From an uncultured delta proteobacterium (lineage in GTDB: Bacteria > Desulfobacterota > RBG-13-43-22): a DNA stretch of 64,000 nt. The translations under genes were made by a program, and so were the position numbers. Shown here piece by piece: positions 38,192 to 48,042 of the stretch. The notes under the pieces are model-generated. The model searched no databases, was not told the origin of the DNA, and worked only from the letters and a program-made list of their open reading frames with translations. Location: the NCBI GenBank assembly GCA_963790475.1, contig CAWBOS010000006.1, forward strand, positions 736,001 to 800,000. The letters run 5' to 3'. Within the stretch, counting starts at the first letter, position 1. Each line of letters begins with the position of its first letter.

Positions 38192-38884
38192 ATGGACACT
38201 AAACCATTTGAGATCATTCCCGGAATTTATTGTGTGGGTGGTTCCGAACTCTCCCATCCCCAAGATGCCCTGGTTTATCTGATCAAAGGAGAAGGGAAGA
38301 CCGCGCTCATCGATTCCGGAGCGGGAAAGGGCTCGGCCGTGATCTGGGAAAATATCCGGGAAGCGGGAGTGAATCCGCAGGATCTGACCTATCTTATTCT
38401 AACCCATGGCCATGTAGACCATATTGGCGGGGCCTCCTTTTTCCAGGAACGTACCCGTTGCCTTACGGTTGCCCATGAATTGGATCAGGAGGCCATCGAG
38501 ACCGGGGATCCAGGTTTGACCGCCTCTTCCTGGTATGGCCTGAACCTACCCCGTCTTAAAGTCGATCGGGTATTAAAGGACAAGATCGAGGAACTTCCTA
38601 TGGGCCGAAAAGAAAATCTTATCTGTTTACACACCCCGGGTCACACCCCGGGATCGATTTCCCTTTACCTCGATCGACAGAAACTACGGGTCCTCTTCGG
38701 TCAGGATATCCACGGCCCTTTTTCCAAGGCTTTCGGATCCAACCTCAGTGATTGGAAACTTTCCATGGAGGAACTACTAGCCTTAAAGGCCGACATCCTA
38801 TGCGAAGGACATTTCGGTATCTTTCGACCGGCCCAAAAGGTGCAGAGCTATATCGAACAATACATGAAACAATATTTATCCTGA
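38192..38884 (+). CDS. MBL-fold metallo-hydrolase
   Basis: THGHVDHIGG, HTPGHTPGS, EGH. Confidence 0.92.
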   Translation: MDTKPFEIIPGIYCVGGSELSHPQDALVYLIKGEGKTALIDSGAGKGSAVIWENIREAGVNPQDLTYLILTHGHVDHIGGASFFQERTRCLTVAHELDQEAIETGDPGLTASSWYGLNLPRLKVDRVLKDKIEELPMGRKENLICLHTPGHTPGSISLYLDRQKLRVLFGQDIHGPFSKAFGSNLSDWKLSMEELLALKADILCEGHFGIFRPAQKVQSYIEQYMKQYLS

Positions 38885-39310
38885 AATCCAGTCCCCTTTA
38901 TTTCCTTAAATCTGACCAATGCTAACACAAATCCCCGTTTTAGGTTATTCTTGTAACTGCCGATATTATGGCCTTCTGTGGATTTCTACAGGAACACAAT
39001 TTGTCAATGTTAATATTCCAAATAAAATGTTCACAACGATCCTCCCTTGTCTGGAGCCAAGAGGCTGCTCACAAGGCCCTCATGCAGTGAGTAAAGGGGG
39101 ACGCTGGGACTAAAACAACTTATTTTTTATCTTTTTCTTATTTGTGACCCAGAATAACCGATTGATTCCTTGGTTACTCGGCAATCCGAAATCTAAATTC
39201 TGAAATGGTCTTTGGAAAATAGGGACACATCCGGGATTTTGATATTGCTTTGAAAAAGTCTTTAAACAAATAAGAGAGGGCGTCCTCTACCAAACGTAGG
39301 ATTTTCCCCT

Positions 39311-39440
39311 TTCCCGGTAGCAATGACAAAGGGGCCGCACCCTTTCTCATCCCGAAGAGGTCAGTTAAGTCCTTCTGCGCCGATGGTACTGCCTGGGCAT
39401 TCCCCAGAGGCGGGATGGGAGAGTAGGACGCCACCTGGAA
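39311..39440 (+). rRNA. Degenerate orphan 5S rRNA-like copy A (full length, possibly pseudogene)
   Basis: catcccgaa, gttaag, cgccgatggtactgc, tgggagagtagg; ends pair as helix I; extra segment in helix IV. Confidence 0.8.
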
Positions 39441-39611
39441 TTAAAAAAAGTCCGTTTTCAATCCGCCCTGTTTTTCTTCTCAAAATTTTATCATTGATCC
39501 TGCATTTTTCTTGTTTTATACTTAAATAAAGGGTTGACCTGGTAAATAAAATATGAAGTTATCAAGTACTACCCGGAGAGACTTCCCCCGAACCACCAAA
39601 ATTCGCTAAAA

Positions 39612-39938
39612 GTGAGGAGCCGGCTTATGATAGAGTTCAATCCTTATGAAAAAGGTACTAGGGGATGGGGCTTCAACCCGATAATTTTCGAATTTCCTGA
39701 AACCCCGCCATTTTCAAAAAAGGATAGTCCCCAAAAAATACATATCACCAGAAGAGAAGTAGAAGTGTTGCAATGGTTACAACAGGGGAAGAGTTCCTGG
39801 GAGATATCTAAAATACTCGGTCTTAGTGAGAGGACGGTAAATTTCCATATCTATAATGTCATGGAAAAGATTAAGGCGGTAAATCGACTGCAGATGGTAA
39901 GCATTGCTTTGCGCTTGGGGCTTATTGATCTGAAATAA
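39612..39938 (+). CDS. LuxR-type HTH-only protein (no autoinducer-binding domain); start uncertain
   Basis: ITRREVEVLQWLQQGKSSWEISKILGLSERTVNFH. Confidence 0.75.
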   Translation: MRSRLMIEFNPYEKGTRGWGFNPIIFEFPETPPFSKKDSPQKIHITRREVEVLQWLQQGKSSWEISKILGLSERTVNFHIYNVMEKIKAVNRLQMVSIALRLGLIDLK

Positions 39939-40217
39939 ACCAATCCATCCGGCGCCCTTGCCTTTTTCCCAAACATAGATGGCCCACCTGATGAGACTCC
40001 TGTAATTTCTTACAGGTGTTTTTAAAATAATTAAACGTTAATAATTTACCATTTCTAAAACCGAATGTAATCATGGGGAGGGAACAATTTAGGCGTTGGC
40101 CCATCACTTTCTTTAATGATTTTAATCCTGCATAACCCCTTTTCGGATTTTTTGTGATTGAGATGGGGAGCATTTTCATATTTACGTATTTTTTTAAGAA
40201 GGGAGCCTTAAAAAAGA

Positions 40218-41384
40218 ATGGAAAAGTCAAACCGTGATGCTGTAATCGTCGCTGCTGTTCGGACACCCATTGGCAGGCGTGGCAAATCCCTGAGCCAGAC
40301 GCGGCCTGAAGACCTGGCGGCAGATGTGCTGAATGGAGTAATTCGACGCTCTGGCATTGATCCTGGTGAGGTGGAAGATATTATCATGGGGTGCGGTACG
40401 CCTACGGGTGAGCAGGGGGTGAATATCGGGCGTCTTTCCACCTTGATTGCCGATTTCCCGGTTGAAGTGCCTGCTGTTACGATCAACCGTATGTGTGCCT
40501 CTAGTGATCAGGCAACCCACTTCGCCACACAGGCTATTCTGGCGGGTGATCTGGACGTGGTCATTGCCGCTGGAATCGAGAGCATGAGCCGGGTTCCCAT
40601 GGGTTCCGATAGTGCCCCAAAATTCAGTAGACGGCTGGCCAAGAAATACTGGATCATTCCACAGGGTGAGTCTGCAGAACTTATGGCGGAAAAATGGCAG
40701 ATAAGTCGAGAAGAATTAGATGCCTATTCCCTCGAAAGTCACAGACGTGCTGCCCAGGCCCAGGACGAAGGGCGTTTTGATCGAGAAATCATGCCTCTTG
40801 AGATCGTTGGCCCTGAAGGAACCTCTGTTTTATTTGCTAAGGACGAAGGTCCACGCCGGGATACTTCAATGGACCAACTGGCAGGATTAGCTCCAGCGTT
40901 CAAGGAGGGGGGCAAAATCACTGCCGGGAATTCAAGTCAGATGAGCGATGGGGCGGCTGCTATCCTTTTTATGAAGCGGGAAAAGGCCAAGCGTCTGGGG
41001 TTAAAACCGAGGGCACGCATTATCGGCCGCGTGTCGGTCGGTTCTGATCCCACATTGCAGCTTTCCGGGCCTATCGTCGCTACAAAAAAAGTGCTCCAAA
41101 AGACTGGCCTTACGCTGAAAGACTTGGACGTCATCGAGGTGAACGAGGCCTTTGCCTCAGTGGTACTGGCTTGGGCTCGGGAGTTTAAACCGGATATGGG
41201 GAAAGTAAATCCCAACGGCGGAGCCATCGCCTTGGGTCATCCCCTGGGGGCGACTGGTGCCAGGATCATGACGACGCTACTGAATGAATTGGAGCGACGC
41301 GACGGACGCTACGGTCTCCAGACCATGTGTATCGGCCACGGACTGGCGAATGCCACAATTATTGAGCGAGAAGATGGTTTTTAA
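40218..41384 (+). CDS. Thiolase (acetyl-CoA acyltransferase)
   Basis: NRMCASS, NEAFA, GGAIALGHPLGATG, MCIGHG. Confidence 0.96.
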   Translation: MEKSNRDAVIVAAVRTPIGRRGKSLSQTRPEDLAADVLNGVIRRSGIDPGEVEDIIMGCGTPTGEQGVNIGRLSTLIADFPVEVPAVTINRMCASSDQATHFATQAILAGDLDVVIAAGIESMSRVPMGSDSAPKFSRRLAKKYWIIPQGESAELMAEKWQISREELDAYSLESHRRAAQAQDEGRFDREIMPLEIVGPEGTSVLFAKDEGPRRDTSMDQLAGLAPAFKEGGKITAGNSSQMSDGAAAILFMKREKAKRLGLKPRARIIGRVSVGSDPTLQLSGPIVATKKVLQKTGLTLKDLDVIEVNEAFASVVLAWAREFKPDMGKVNPNGGAIALGHPLGATGARIMTTLLNELERRDGRYGLQTMCIGHGLANATIIEREDGF

Positions 41385-41387
41385 CCT

Positions 41388-41453
41388 AAGTTAGCCCTTC
41401 GGCCCTGATGGTGCTGTTCGGGCAACTGGGCGGGCGAGTAGAACACCACCCGG
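41388..41453 (+). pseudogene. 5S rRNA 3'-half fragment, copy B
   Basis: aagttagcccttcggccctgatggtgctgttcgggcaactgggcgggcgagtagaacaccacccgg is colinear with the 5S 3' half; GCAA loop intact. Confidence 0.7.
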
Positions 41454-41693
41454 TATTTTTTCAGCCCCTTTTCAATCCTCCGTTTCTCGGGATTGAAAAG
41501 GAGCTTTTTATTTTTATCCTATTCAGTAGACCAAAGTTGTCCACTGAATAAAAGGGCTTTCTTGACTGCTGTGAACCGTGCGCTACTGGCGGTGATTGTG
41601 AATGTGGCTGCTGCAAGGCAGTGCCGAAAGAAGACAAGAAACCGAGCTGCTGAGGTGAGGATAGAGGGAGTCTATTAAAGAGACAGGGCCCCT

Positions 41694-41845
41694 CCTGGCT
41701 GGTAGAAAATCATGGAAAAATTAAAATAGCCAAGGGGCCACACCCGTTCCCATCTCGAACTCGTAAGTTCTAATCCCTTCTGCGCCGATGGTACTGCCTG
41801 GGCAGTCCTGCTGAGGCGGGATGGGAGAGTAGGACATCACCGGGC
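41694..41845 (+). rRNA. Degenerate orphan 5S rRNA-like copy C (near full length, with insertions)
   Basis: ccacacccgttcccatctcgaac, cgccgatggtactgcctgggca, tgggagagtagg; AT-rich insert near 5' end and hairpin insert. Confidence 0.8.
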
Positions 41846-42031
41846 TTTTTCTTTTTTGCTGCCCTTTGAACCCTCAGAAAAAAATTTCTCGGCGCTTTTT
41901 TCAAGCAGTATATGGAAACAGCAATTCCCCTTAGCTTCAAAATCAGACTAACCTCCTGAAAGGTAACCCCGCCCTTCCCTTTTTCAACCTTCCTTGCCTT
42001 TAAAATAATTCCGTTTTACAATGAGAACTAC

Positions 42032-45000
42032 ATGACCCCCCACAATTCCAGAGACCCCCTTTCATTCTTCCATCCCCTGATCCGAAAATGGTTCAGGGAA
42101 AGTATCGGGGTTCCTACCAACATACAGTCGCAGGCCTGGCCGGAAATTGCTTTGGGGAAACATGCCCTGATAACAGCTCCCACAGGGAGCGGCAAAACAC
42201 TTACCGCCTTCCTCTGGGCCATCAACCAACTGGTCACCGGAGCTTGGGAACCGGGTCGGACCCGTGTCCTCTATGTCTCCCCCTTAAAGGCTCTCAACAA
42301 TGATGTGCAACGCAACCTCATCAAACCGATTGATGAGCTTAAGGCCTTTTTCCTGAAGTCTGAGGAGAATTTCCCCCTCATCAGTGTGCTGACGCGAAGC
42401 GGCGATACCCCGACCGAAGATCGCCGGCAGATGTTGCGCCGCCCACCGGAAATCCTGATCACCACCCCGGAAAGTCTGAATATTCTCCTGAGTTCCCGAA
42501 ACGGCAGGGGATTACTGGGGGGCCTATCGACTGTCATTCTGGATGAAATTCATGCCGTGGTCGGCACCAAGCGGGGCACCCATCTCATTACCGCTGTGGA
42601 TCGGTTGGTTCTCCTTTCCGGTGAGTTCCAGCGCATCGCGCTGTCGGCTACGGTAAAGCCCCTTCCGATCGTGGCCGAATTTGTCGGCGGCTATAGGCTA
42701 TTGAACGGGGGTAAGACCTGTCATTATGAAAAAAGAAAAGTGGAAATTATCAGGTCAAAAGATAAGAAAGATTATTTGATTGAGGTCCGCTTTCCGCCGG
42801 AGGCCAGGGAACATCTGGTCGATGCCTCCTGGTGGCCGGCCCTGGCCGAATCCTTCAAAGAGGTTATCCTGGCCAATCGTTCCACCCTGCTTTTTGCCAA
42901 CAGCCGCAGGATTGCCGAAAAGGTTACCCGCCTGATCAACGAAGGAGGAGAAGAGGAATTAGCCTATTCACACCACGGCTCCCTTTCTCGCGAGATCCGT
43001 CTGGCCGTAGAACAGAGATTGAAGGCGGGTGAACTGAAAGCCATCGTGGCCACCAGCTCTCTCGAACTGGGCATCGATATCGGCGATCTCGACCGGGTGA
43101 TCCTTATCCAGGCTCCGCCCTCCATTTCATCGGCCATTCAGCGGATCGGACGATCCGGCCACAGGGTCGGCGGGTTGAGCCGCGGTCTTCTCTATCCCAC
43201 CCACGGCCGCGATTTTTTGAATGCCGCAGTCATCGCCGAAGGGGTCATGAGTCAGGATATCGAAGCCGTCAGACCCATCGAAAGCCCCCTGGATGTGCTG
43301 GCCCAGGTGATCATTTCCATGACCGGCCTTGAAGCATGGGATATAAATGAGCTCTTCTTTTTTATCAAGACCAGCACTCCCTATCATCACCTCTCCCGCC
43401 AACAATTCAATCTGGTGCTGGAGATGCTGGCCGGGCGGTATGCCGATACCCGGCTTCGGGAACTCAAGCCCCGTATCTCCATGGATAAGATCGATAACAC
43501 CCTTCAGGGGAAAGAAGGGGTGCTGCGATTGATCTATCTGTCGGGCGGCACCATTCCGGATCGGGGTTACTATGATCTTCGAATAGCCGATTCAAAATCC
43601 AAGATCGGCGAACTGGATGAAGAATTCGTCTGGGAACGGAGTATCGGAGATACCTTCACCCTGGGTGCCCAGGTCTGGCGTATCCAGAAGGTGACCCATA
43701 ACGACGTGGAGGTCAGTCCGGCCGAGGTCAAACCAGGTATTTTCCCTTTCTGGAGGGCCGAGGACCAGAATCGGGATTTCCACTTCTCGGAAAAGATCCT
43801 GCTGTTCCTGGAAAAATTTCATAAGCGGATCGATGCCCTTTCTTTCAAGGAGGAACTGGCCCGGAAATATTGTTTGGATGAAGCCGCCGTTATTGAGCTC
43901 ATCGATTTCTTGAAACGGCAAAAAGAGGCCACCAAAACCGACCTGCCTCATCGGCACCATCTGCTCATCGAGCATTTTCATGATCCGCTGAACACGGCCG
44001 AAGGCCGGCAGGTTATCCTCCATACGATCTGGGGAGGAAAAATCAACCGGCCCTTCAGCCTGGCCCTGCAGGCCGCTTGGGAAGATAAATATCACGCTCA
44101 TCTGGAAGTCATTCAGAATAACGATTGTATCCTATTGATCCTGCCCCATGAATTTTCGATTGGGGAGCTCTTTGCCCTGGTCAAACCGGAAAACCTGGAT
44201 AAGCTGCTTAGGCAGTCCCTGGAACAAAGCGGATTTTTCGGGGCTAAATTCAGGGAAAATGCCGGACGGGCCCTTCTGCTTCCCCGTTCCGATTTCAAGA
44301 GGCGCCTGCCCCTTTGGCTCAACCGGCTTCGATCCAAAAAGCTGATGGACGCGGTTATGGCCTATCCGGATTTTCCCATTCTTCTGGAAACCTGGCGTAC
44401 TTGCCTTCAGGATGAATTCGACCTGGAGAATTTAAAAAAACTATTGGAAGAAATCCGAAACGGTCAGATAAAAATCAGCGAGACCTTCACCTCGGCCGCT
44501 TCTCCTTTTGCCGAAGGCTTGATCTGGAAACAGACCAACACCTATATGTATGCCGATGATTCCCCCCTTTCCGGCAAGACCTCGGAGTTAAGTCAGGAAC
44601 TCTTGAAAGAAGTTGTCTTTTCTCATCGCCTCAGACCGCGGCTTCCCGAGAATCTGGTTCGATCCTTGGAAGCGAAACTTCAGCGTACAGCCCCTGGATA
44701 TGCCCCCAGATCAGCCCAGGATCTTTTGGACTGGATCAAGGAAAGGGTGTTGATCCCGGCCTCCCAGTGGCAGGAGCTGATGAGGACTATAGATCAAGAC
44801 CGTGATATTCCGGCCAGTGATATGGTGGACTTGATACAAGAAAAAATCATCTCCATTAAACTGCCCGCTGCCTCTATCCCTCTGGTCTGCGCCGTGGAAA
44901 ATTTACAACGCATCGTCATGGGGTTTAATCTCCGACAGGAAGAAGTTGATATCCGGGATGCCTGTTCAAATGGACCAATAAACGGACGAACCGTCCTTTT

Positions 45001-46540
45001 AATTGAGACTGTTTTTAAAAAATATTTTACTGAGCTGGAAGGACAGGAGGAAACCACGCCAGCGGACATTTTGCGGCAATGGCTTTCTTTTTATGGCCCA
45101 GTCGGCAAATCCTCTCTGAAAGAAATTCTGGGTCTGGAAGAATCTTATCTGGATGAGATTATCTCCGGCCTGGCGGAATCCCAAGATGTTGTCTTCGACC
45201 GGCTTACGGAAAAGGCCGAAGAAATGGAACTCTGTGACCGGGAAAACCTGGAAATATTGCTTAGAATGGCCAGAAAATCCCGGCAGCCCCTTTTCAAGGC
45301 CCTGGGCATCGATCATCTCCCCTTGTTCCTGGCGGCCTATCAGGGCCTGACCAAGCAGGGCGAATCGACCGAAGACCTGCAGCGGGTCCTGGATCAACTC
45401 TTTGGTTTTCCCTCTGAGGTTGAGGCCTGGGAAAAACACATTCTTCCGGCCCGACTATCCCCCTATTACGGCACCGGGTTGGACAATCTGAACCGGACCA
45501 GCGATCTGCTCTGGTTCGGCTGCGGAAAAAGAAAAATAAGTTTTTCTTTTTCTGATGATCTTGAACTCTTCCTCAATCAATACGGATATGATGACGAGGG
45601 GCAAACATCGGTTGAGCCCCTCCTGCCGGATGAACTGGCCGGTCTGCTGCCTCGAAAAATCGGACGATACAGTTTTTTTGATATAGCCCGATTTTCGAAT
45701 TTGGACAGCCGCGATTTGAGCAAAAAACTCTGGGACCTTTTCTGGAAAGGTTTGATTAGCAATGATACTTTCGCCACCCTTCGCCAGGGGATCTTAACCA
45801 AATTTGCTCCCCTGCCTCTAAAAAGAGAAGAGGGGCGGCCTTCCCGTTCGGCCTTCAACCGCTGGGTCTCCACCCGCCCCCTTTCGGGAAACTGGTATAT
45901 CCTGGACCGCGACTTTATAGAAAAAGATCCCATCGATGAAGCGGAGTTGGTCAAGGATCGGGTCCGTCAGCTTTTCCGACGCTACGGCCTGATCTTTCGT
46001 GAACTGTTGGCTAACGAACTGCCTTTGCTCCAGTGGAATAAAGTATTTAAGGCCCTGAGGCTCATGGAGCTCTCTGGAGAAATTTTATCGGGATATTTTT
46101 TTGAAGGGATTCCCGGTGTTCAATTTATTTCGCCGGAGGCCTTTAGGTTCTTAAACGAGCCTTTGCCGGATGAAGCGGTTTACTGGTTAAATGCCACAGA
46201 TCCGGCTTCCCTTTGCGGCCTCAAGTTGGAAGCCCTCAAGGGTAGGCTTCCCAGCCGCATTCCCTCCACCTATCTGGTCTATCAAGGCCATCGACTGGCC
46301 ATGCTTTCCCGCCGCAACGGCAGACACCTGGAAATTCTGGTTCCCCCTGATGATACCCATTTCCAGGACTACCTGGCTTTTTTCAAAGTTTTGCTGACCA
46401 GGGAATTCAGCCCTGAAAAAATCATCTCCGTTGAGAGGATCAACCAAAAACCCGCACTGGAGAGCGAATATGCCGACCTCCTTAAAGCCTTCGGCTTCAG
46501 CCGCTCGTATAAGGGATTGGAATTGGTCAGAAGGTACTGA
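42032..46540 (+). CDS. lhr: Lhr-family SF2 ATP-dependent helicase, long form
   Basis: APTGSGKT, SPLKAL, TTPES, DEIH, SAT, HHGSLS, LELGID, QRIGRSGH, GTIPD, DPA C-terminal domain. Confidence 0.93.
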   Translation: MTPHNSRDPLSFFHPLIRKWFRESIGVPTNIQSQAWPEIALGKHALITAPTGSGKTLTAFLWAINQLVTGAWEPGRTRVLYVSPLKALNNDVQRNLIKPIDELKAFFLKSEENFPLISVLTRSGDTPTEDRRQMLRRPPEILITTPESLNILLSSRNGRGLLGGLSTVILDEIHAVVGTKRGTHLITAVDRLVLLSGEFQRIALSATVKPLPIVAEFVGGYRLLNGGKTCHYEKRKVEIIRSKDKKDYLIEVRFPPEAREHLVDASWWPALAESFKEVILANRSTLLFANSRRIAEKVTRLINEGGEEELAYSHHGSLSREIRLAVEQRLKAGELKAIVATSSLELGIDIGDLDRVILIQAPPSISSAIQRIGRSGHRVGGLSRGLLYPTHGRDFLNAAVIAEGVMSQDIEAVRPIESPLDVLAQVIISMTGLEAWDINELFFFIKTSTPYHHLSRQQFNLVLEMLAGRYADTRLRELKPRISMDKIDNTLQGKEGVLRLIYLSGGTIPDRGYYDLRIADSKSKIGELDEEFVWERSIGDTFTLGAQVWRIQKVTHNDVEVSPAEVKPGIFPFWRAEDQNRDFHFSEKILLFLEKFHKRIDALSFKEELARKYCLDEAAVIELIDFLKRQKEATKTDLPHRHHLLIEHFHDPLNTAEGRQVILHTIWGGKINRPFSLALQAAWEDKYHAHLEVIQNNDCILLILPHEFSIGELFALVKPENLDKLLRQSLEQSGFFGAKFRENAGRALLLPRSDFKRRLPLWLNRLRSKKLMDAVMAYPDFPILLETWRTCLQDEFDLENLKKLLEEIRNGQIKISETFTSAASPFAEGLIWKQTNTYMYADDSPLSGKTSELSQELLKEVVFSHRLRPRLPENLVRSLEAKLQRTAPGYAPRSAQDLLDWIKERVLIPASQWQELMRTIDQDRDIPASDMVDLIQEKIISIKLPAASIPLVCAVENLQRIVMGFNLRQEEVDIRDACSNGPINGRTVLLIETVFKKYFTELEGQEETTPADILRQWLSFYGPVGKSSLKEILGLEESYLDEIISGLAESQDVVFDRLTEKAEEMELCDRENLEILLRMARKSRQPLFKALGIDHLPLFLAAYQGLTKQGESTEDLQRVLDQLFGFPSEVEAWEKHILPARLSPYYGTGLDNLNRTSDLLWFGCGKRKISFSFSDDLELFLNQYGYDDEGQTSVEPLLPDELAGLLPRKIGRYSFFDIARFSNLDSRDLSKKLWDLFWKGLISNDTFATLRQGILTKFAPLPLKREEGRPSRSAFNRWVSTRPLSGNWYILDRDFIEKDPIDEAELVKDRVRQLFRRYGLIFRELLANELPLLQWNKVFKALRLMELSGEILSGYFFEGIPGVQFISPEAFRFLNEPLPDEAVYWLNATDPASLCGLKLEALKGRLPSRIPSTYLVYQGHRLAMLSRRNGRHLEILVPPDDTHFQDYLAFFKVLLTREFSPEKIISVERINQKPALESEYADLLKAFGFSRSYKGLELVRRY

Positions 46541-46624
46541 TAGGCGGGTGTGGATAAAACTTTTTCAGGCTGAAACAATTTATTTGTTCTACGATCGATA
46601 ACCTGAAAAAATTTGTCTCCTCAT

Positions 46625-46688
46625 AGCCGAGGGTAATGCCTGCGCAGTCCTGCTGAGGCGGGATGGGAGAGTAGGCTGCCACCGTGAA
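46625..46688 (+). pseudogene. 5S rRNA 3'-half fragment, copy D
   Basis: gcagtcctgctgaggcgggatgggagagtagg identical to copy C. Confidence 0.75.
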
Positions 46689-46703
46689 TTTTTATAAAGC
46701 CCC

Positions 46704-47456
46704 TTATTGTGCCAGTAATCCCGTTTCTTCGGAACTGGCCAAAGGGCTGACGGCCGAAGTCGGCTTCCTGGCCGCTCCGAAATAGATGATGGCGGTGTTC
46801 CCCCTGGAAGAGATGATGGCCGGAAAATCGCCCTTCCCAGGCGAATGCCGATTGAACTTAACCCCGGCCAATTCTATATTGGTGAATCCCTGGTTCTCCA
46901 AAAGAACCCTCAAATCGGCAGGAGAGATAAAAAGGGGCCAGTGATGGGTCCCCCGTGGCATGAACCTGATGAGGATTTCCCCGAGCCAGATGATAAACAA
47001 TTTGGACCAGAAGGTTTTATTGAAGGTGTCAAAGAACAACCATCCACCTGGTTTGAGCACCCGGTATATCTCACCAAGGGTAAGACCCTTATCAGGCATA
47101 TGCTCCAACACATCAAAACAGGTGACGGCATCCATTGTCTGGTCGTTGAAGGGAAGCCGTTCGGCGGTGCATAGATTATACTCGATATCCAGATTGTTTT
47201 CCCTGGCATGTTCTCGAGCCTGCTGGAGGGATTCTGCCATGATATCTGTTCCGAAAACCACCGCCCGGCGTTGGGCCAGGAATTCACAGGCATACCCGCC
47301 GCCGCAGCCCACATCAAGCACTTTAACCCCGTCCCACCCATCCAGAAAATGGTCAAAATGGGCAAACCGTACCGGGTTCAGTTTATTTAAAAAGATATGG
47401 TCCCCACTTGGGGGCCACCAATGATAAGATCCGCCATGTAAATCTTTCTGATCCAT
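46704..47456 (-). CDS. UbiG-like SAM-dependent O-methyltransferase
   Basis: LNPVR, VLDVGCGGG, DVLEH, PRGTH.W..FI.P. Confidence 0.85.
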   Translation of the reverse strand: MDQKDLHGGSYHWWPPSGDHIFLNKLNPVRFAHFDHFLDGWDGVKVLDVGCGGGYACEFLAQRRAVVFGTDIMAESLQQAREHARENNLDIEYNLCTAERLPFNDQTMDAVTCFDVLEHMPDKGLTLGEIYRVLKPGGWLFFDTFNKTFWSKLFIIWLGEILIRFMPRGTHHWPLFISPADLRVLLENQGFTNIELAGVKFNRHSPGKGDFPAIISSRGNTAIIYFGAARKPTSAVSPLASSEETGLLAQ

Positions 47457-47460
47457 TAAT

Positions 47461-48021
47461 CTATTTCCTCCCCATTTCCAATGTCTGAACACCTCTCTTG
47501 ATGTCAACTGGGATTTTCCCGTTCCTTCTTATCTTTTCAAAAGCAGTAAAAAACCATTTGAATCTTTTCGTAACATGAAAAATTAGATACACCAACAAGA
47601 CCCAGGTTATTTTGTCGTGTATCTCCATATAAAATCCACGGCTTAAGGCCGGGCCTCCGCTCAACTTGATAAACCATGAGATATACCCGGTGACAGCCAC
47701 TAAAATAAAAATTATCGTCATGATAATCGCTTGCTGGTTTTTAAAGACTAACTTCTTCTTCCGTACTACCGCCTTATACCATTTCCAGTGCAGGATGATA
47801 TGAAAGACCATGCCAATGGATACGAGGACGACTGAAATTAAATGAATGTCCGACCAGTTGAAATAATTTAAACCTAAAACTAAATTGTTTGTATCTATTT
47901 CTCCGTGATGCCCCATGTGGTAGCCGATTTGTATCCAAAGGCCGGAAAAAACCATGGCCGACCCAAACAACAGCAGTCCAAGATTTATTAAAAAACTAGG
48001 TATCGGATTTTTCTTTAACAT
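47461..48021 (-). CDS. DUF4405-like membrane protein (two His-containing repeats, putative cytochrome b)
   Basis: WSDIH...FHIILHWKW and MEIH...FHVTKRFKW. Confidence 0.7.
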   Translation of the reverse strand: MLKKNPIPSFLINLGLLLFGSAMVFSGLWIQIGYHMGHHGEIDTNNLVLGLNYFNWSDIHLISVVLVSIGMVFHIILHWKWYKAVVRKKKLVFKNQQAIIMTIIFILVAVTGYISWFIKLSGGPALSRGFYMEIHDKITWVLLVYLIFHVTKRFKWFFTAFEKIRRNGKIPVDIKRGVQTLEMGRK

Positions 48022-48042
48022 AGAATGGCCCTGTCAACCGGA

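Noticed and set aside
38885-39310. Possible 23S rRNA 3' end or tRNA before 5S copy A
   Set aside because: No conserved 23S terminal motifs or cloverleaf recognised
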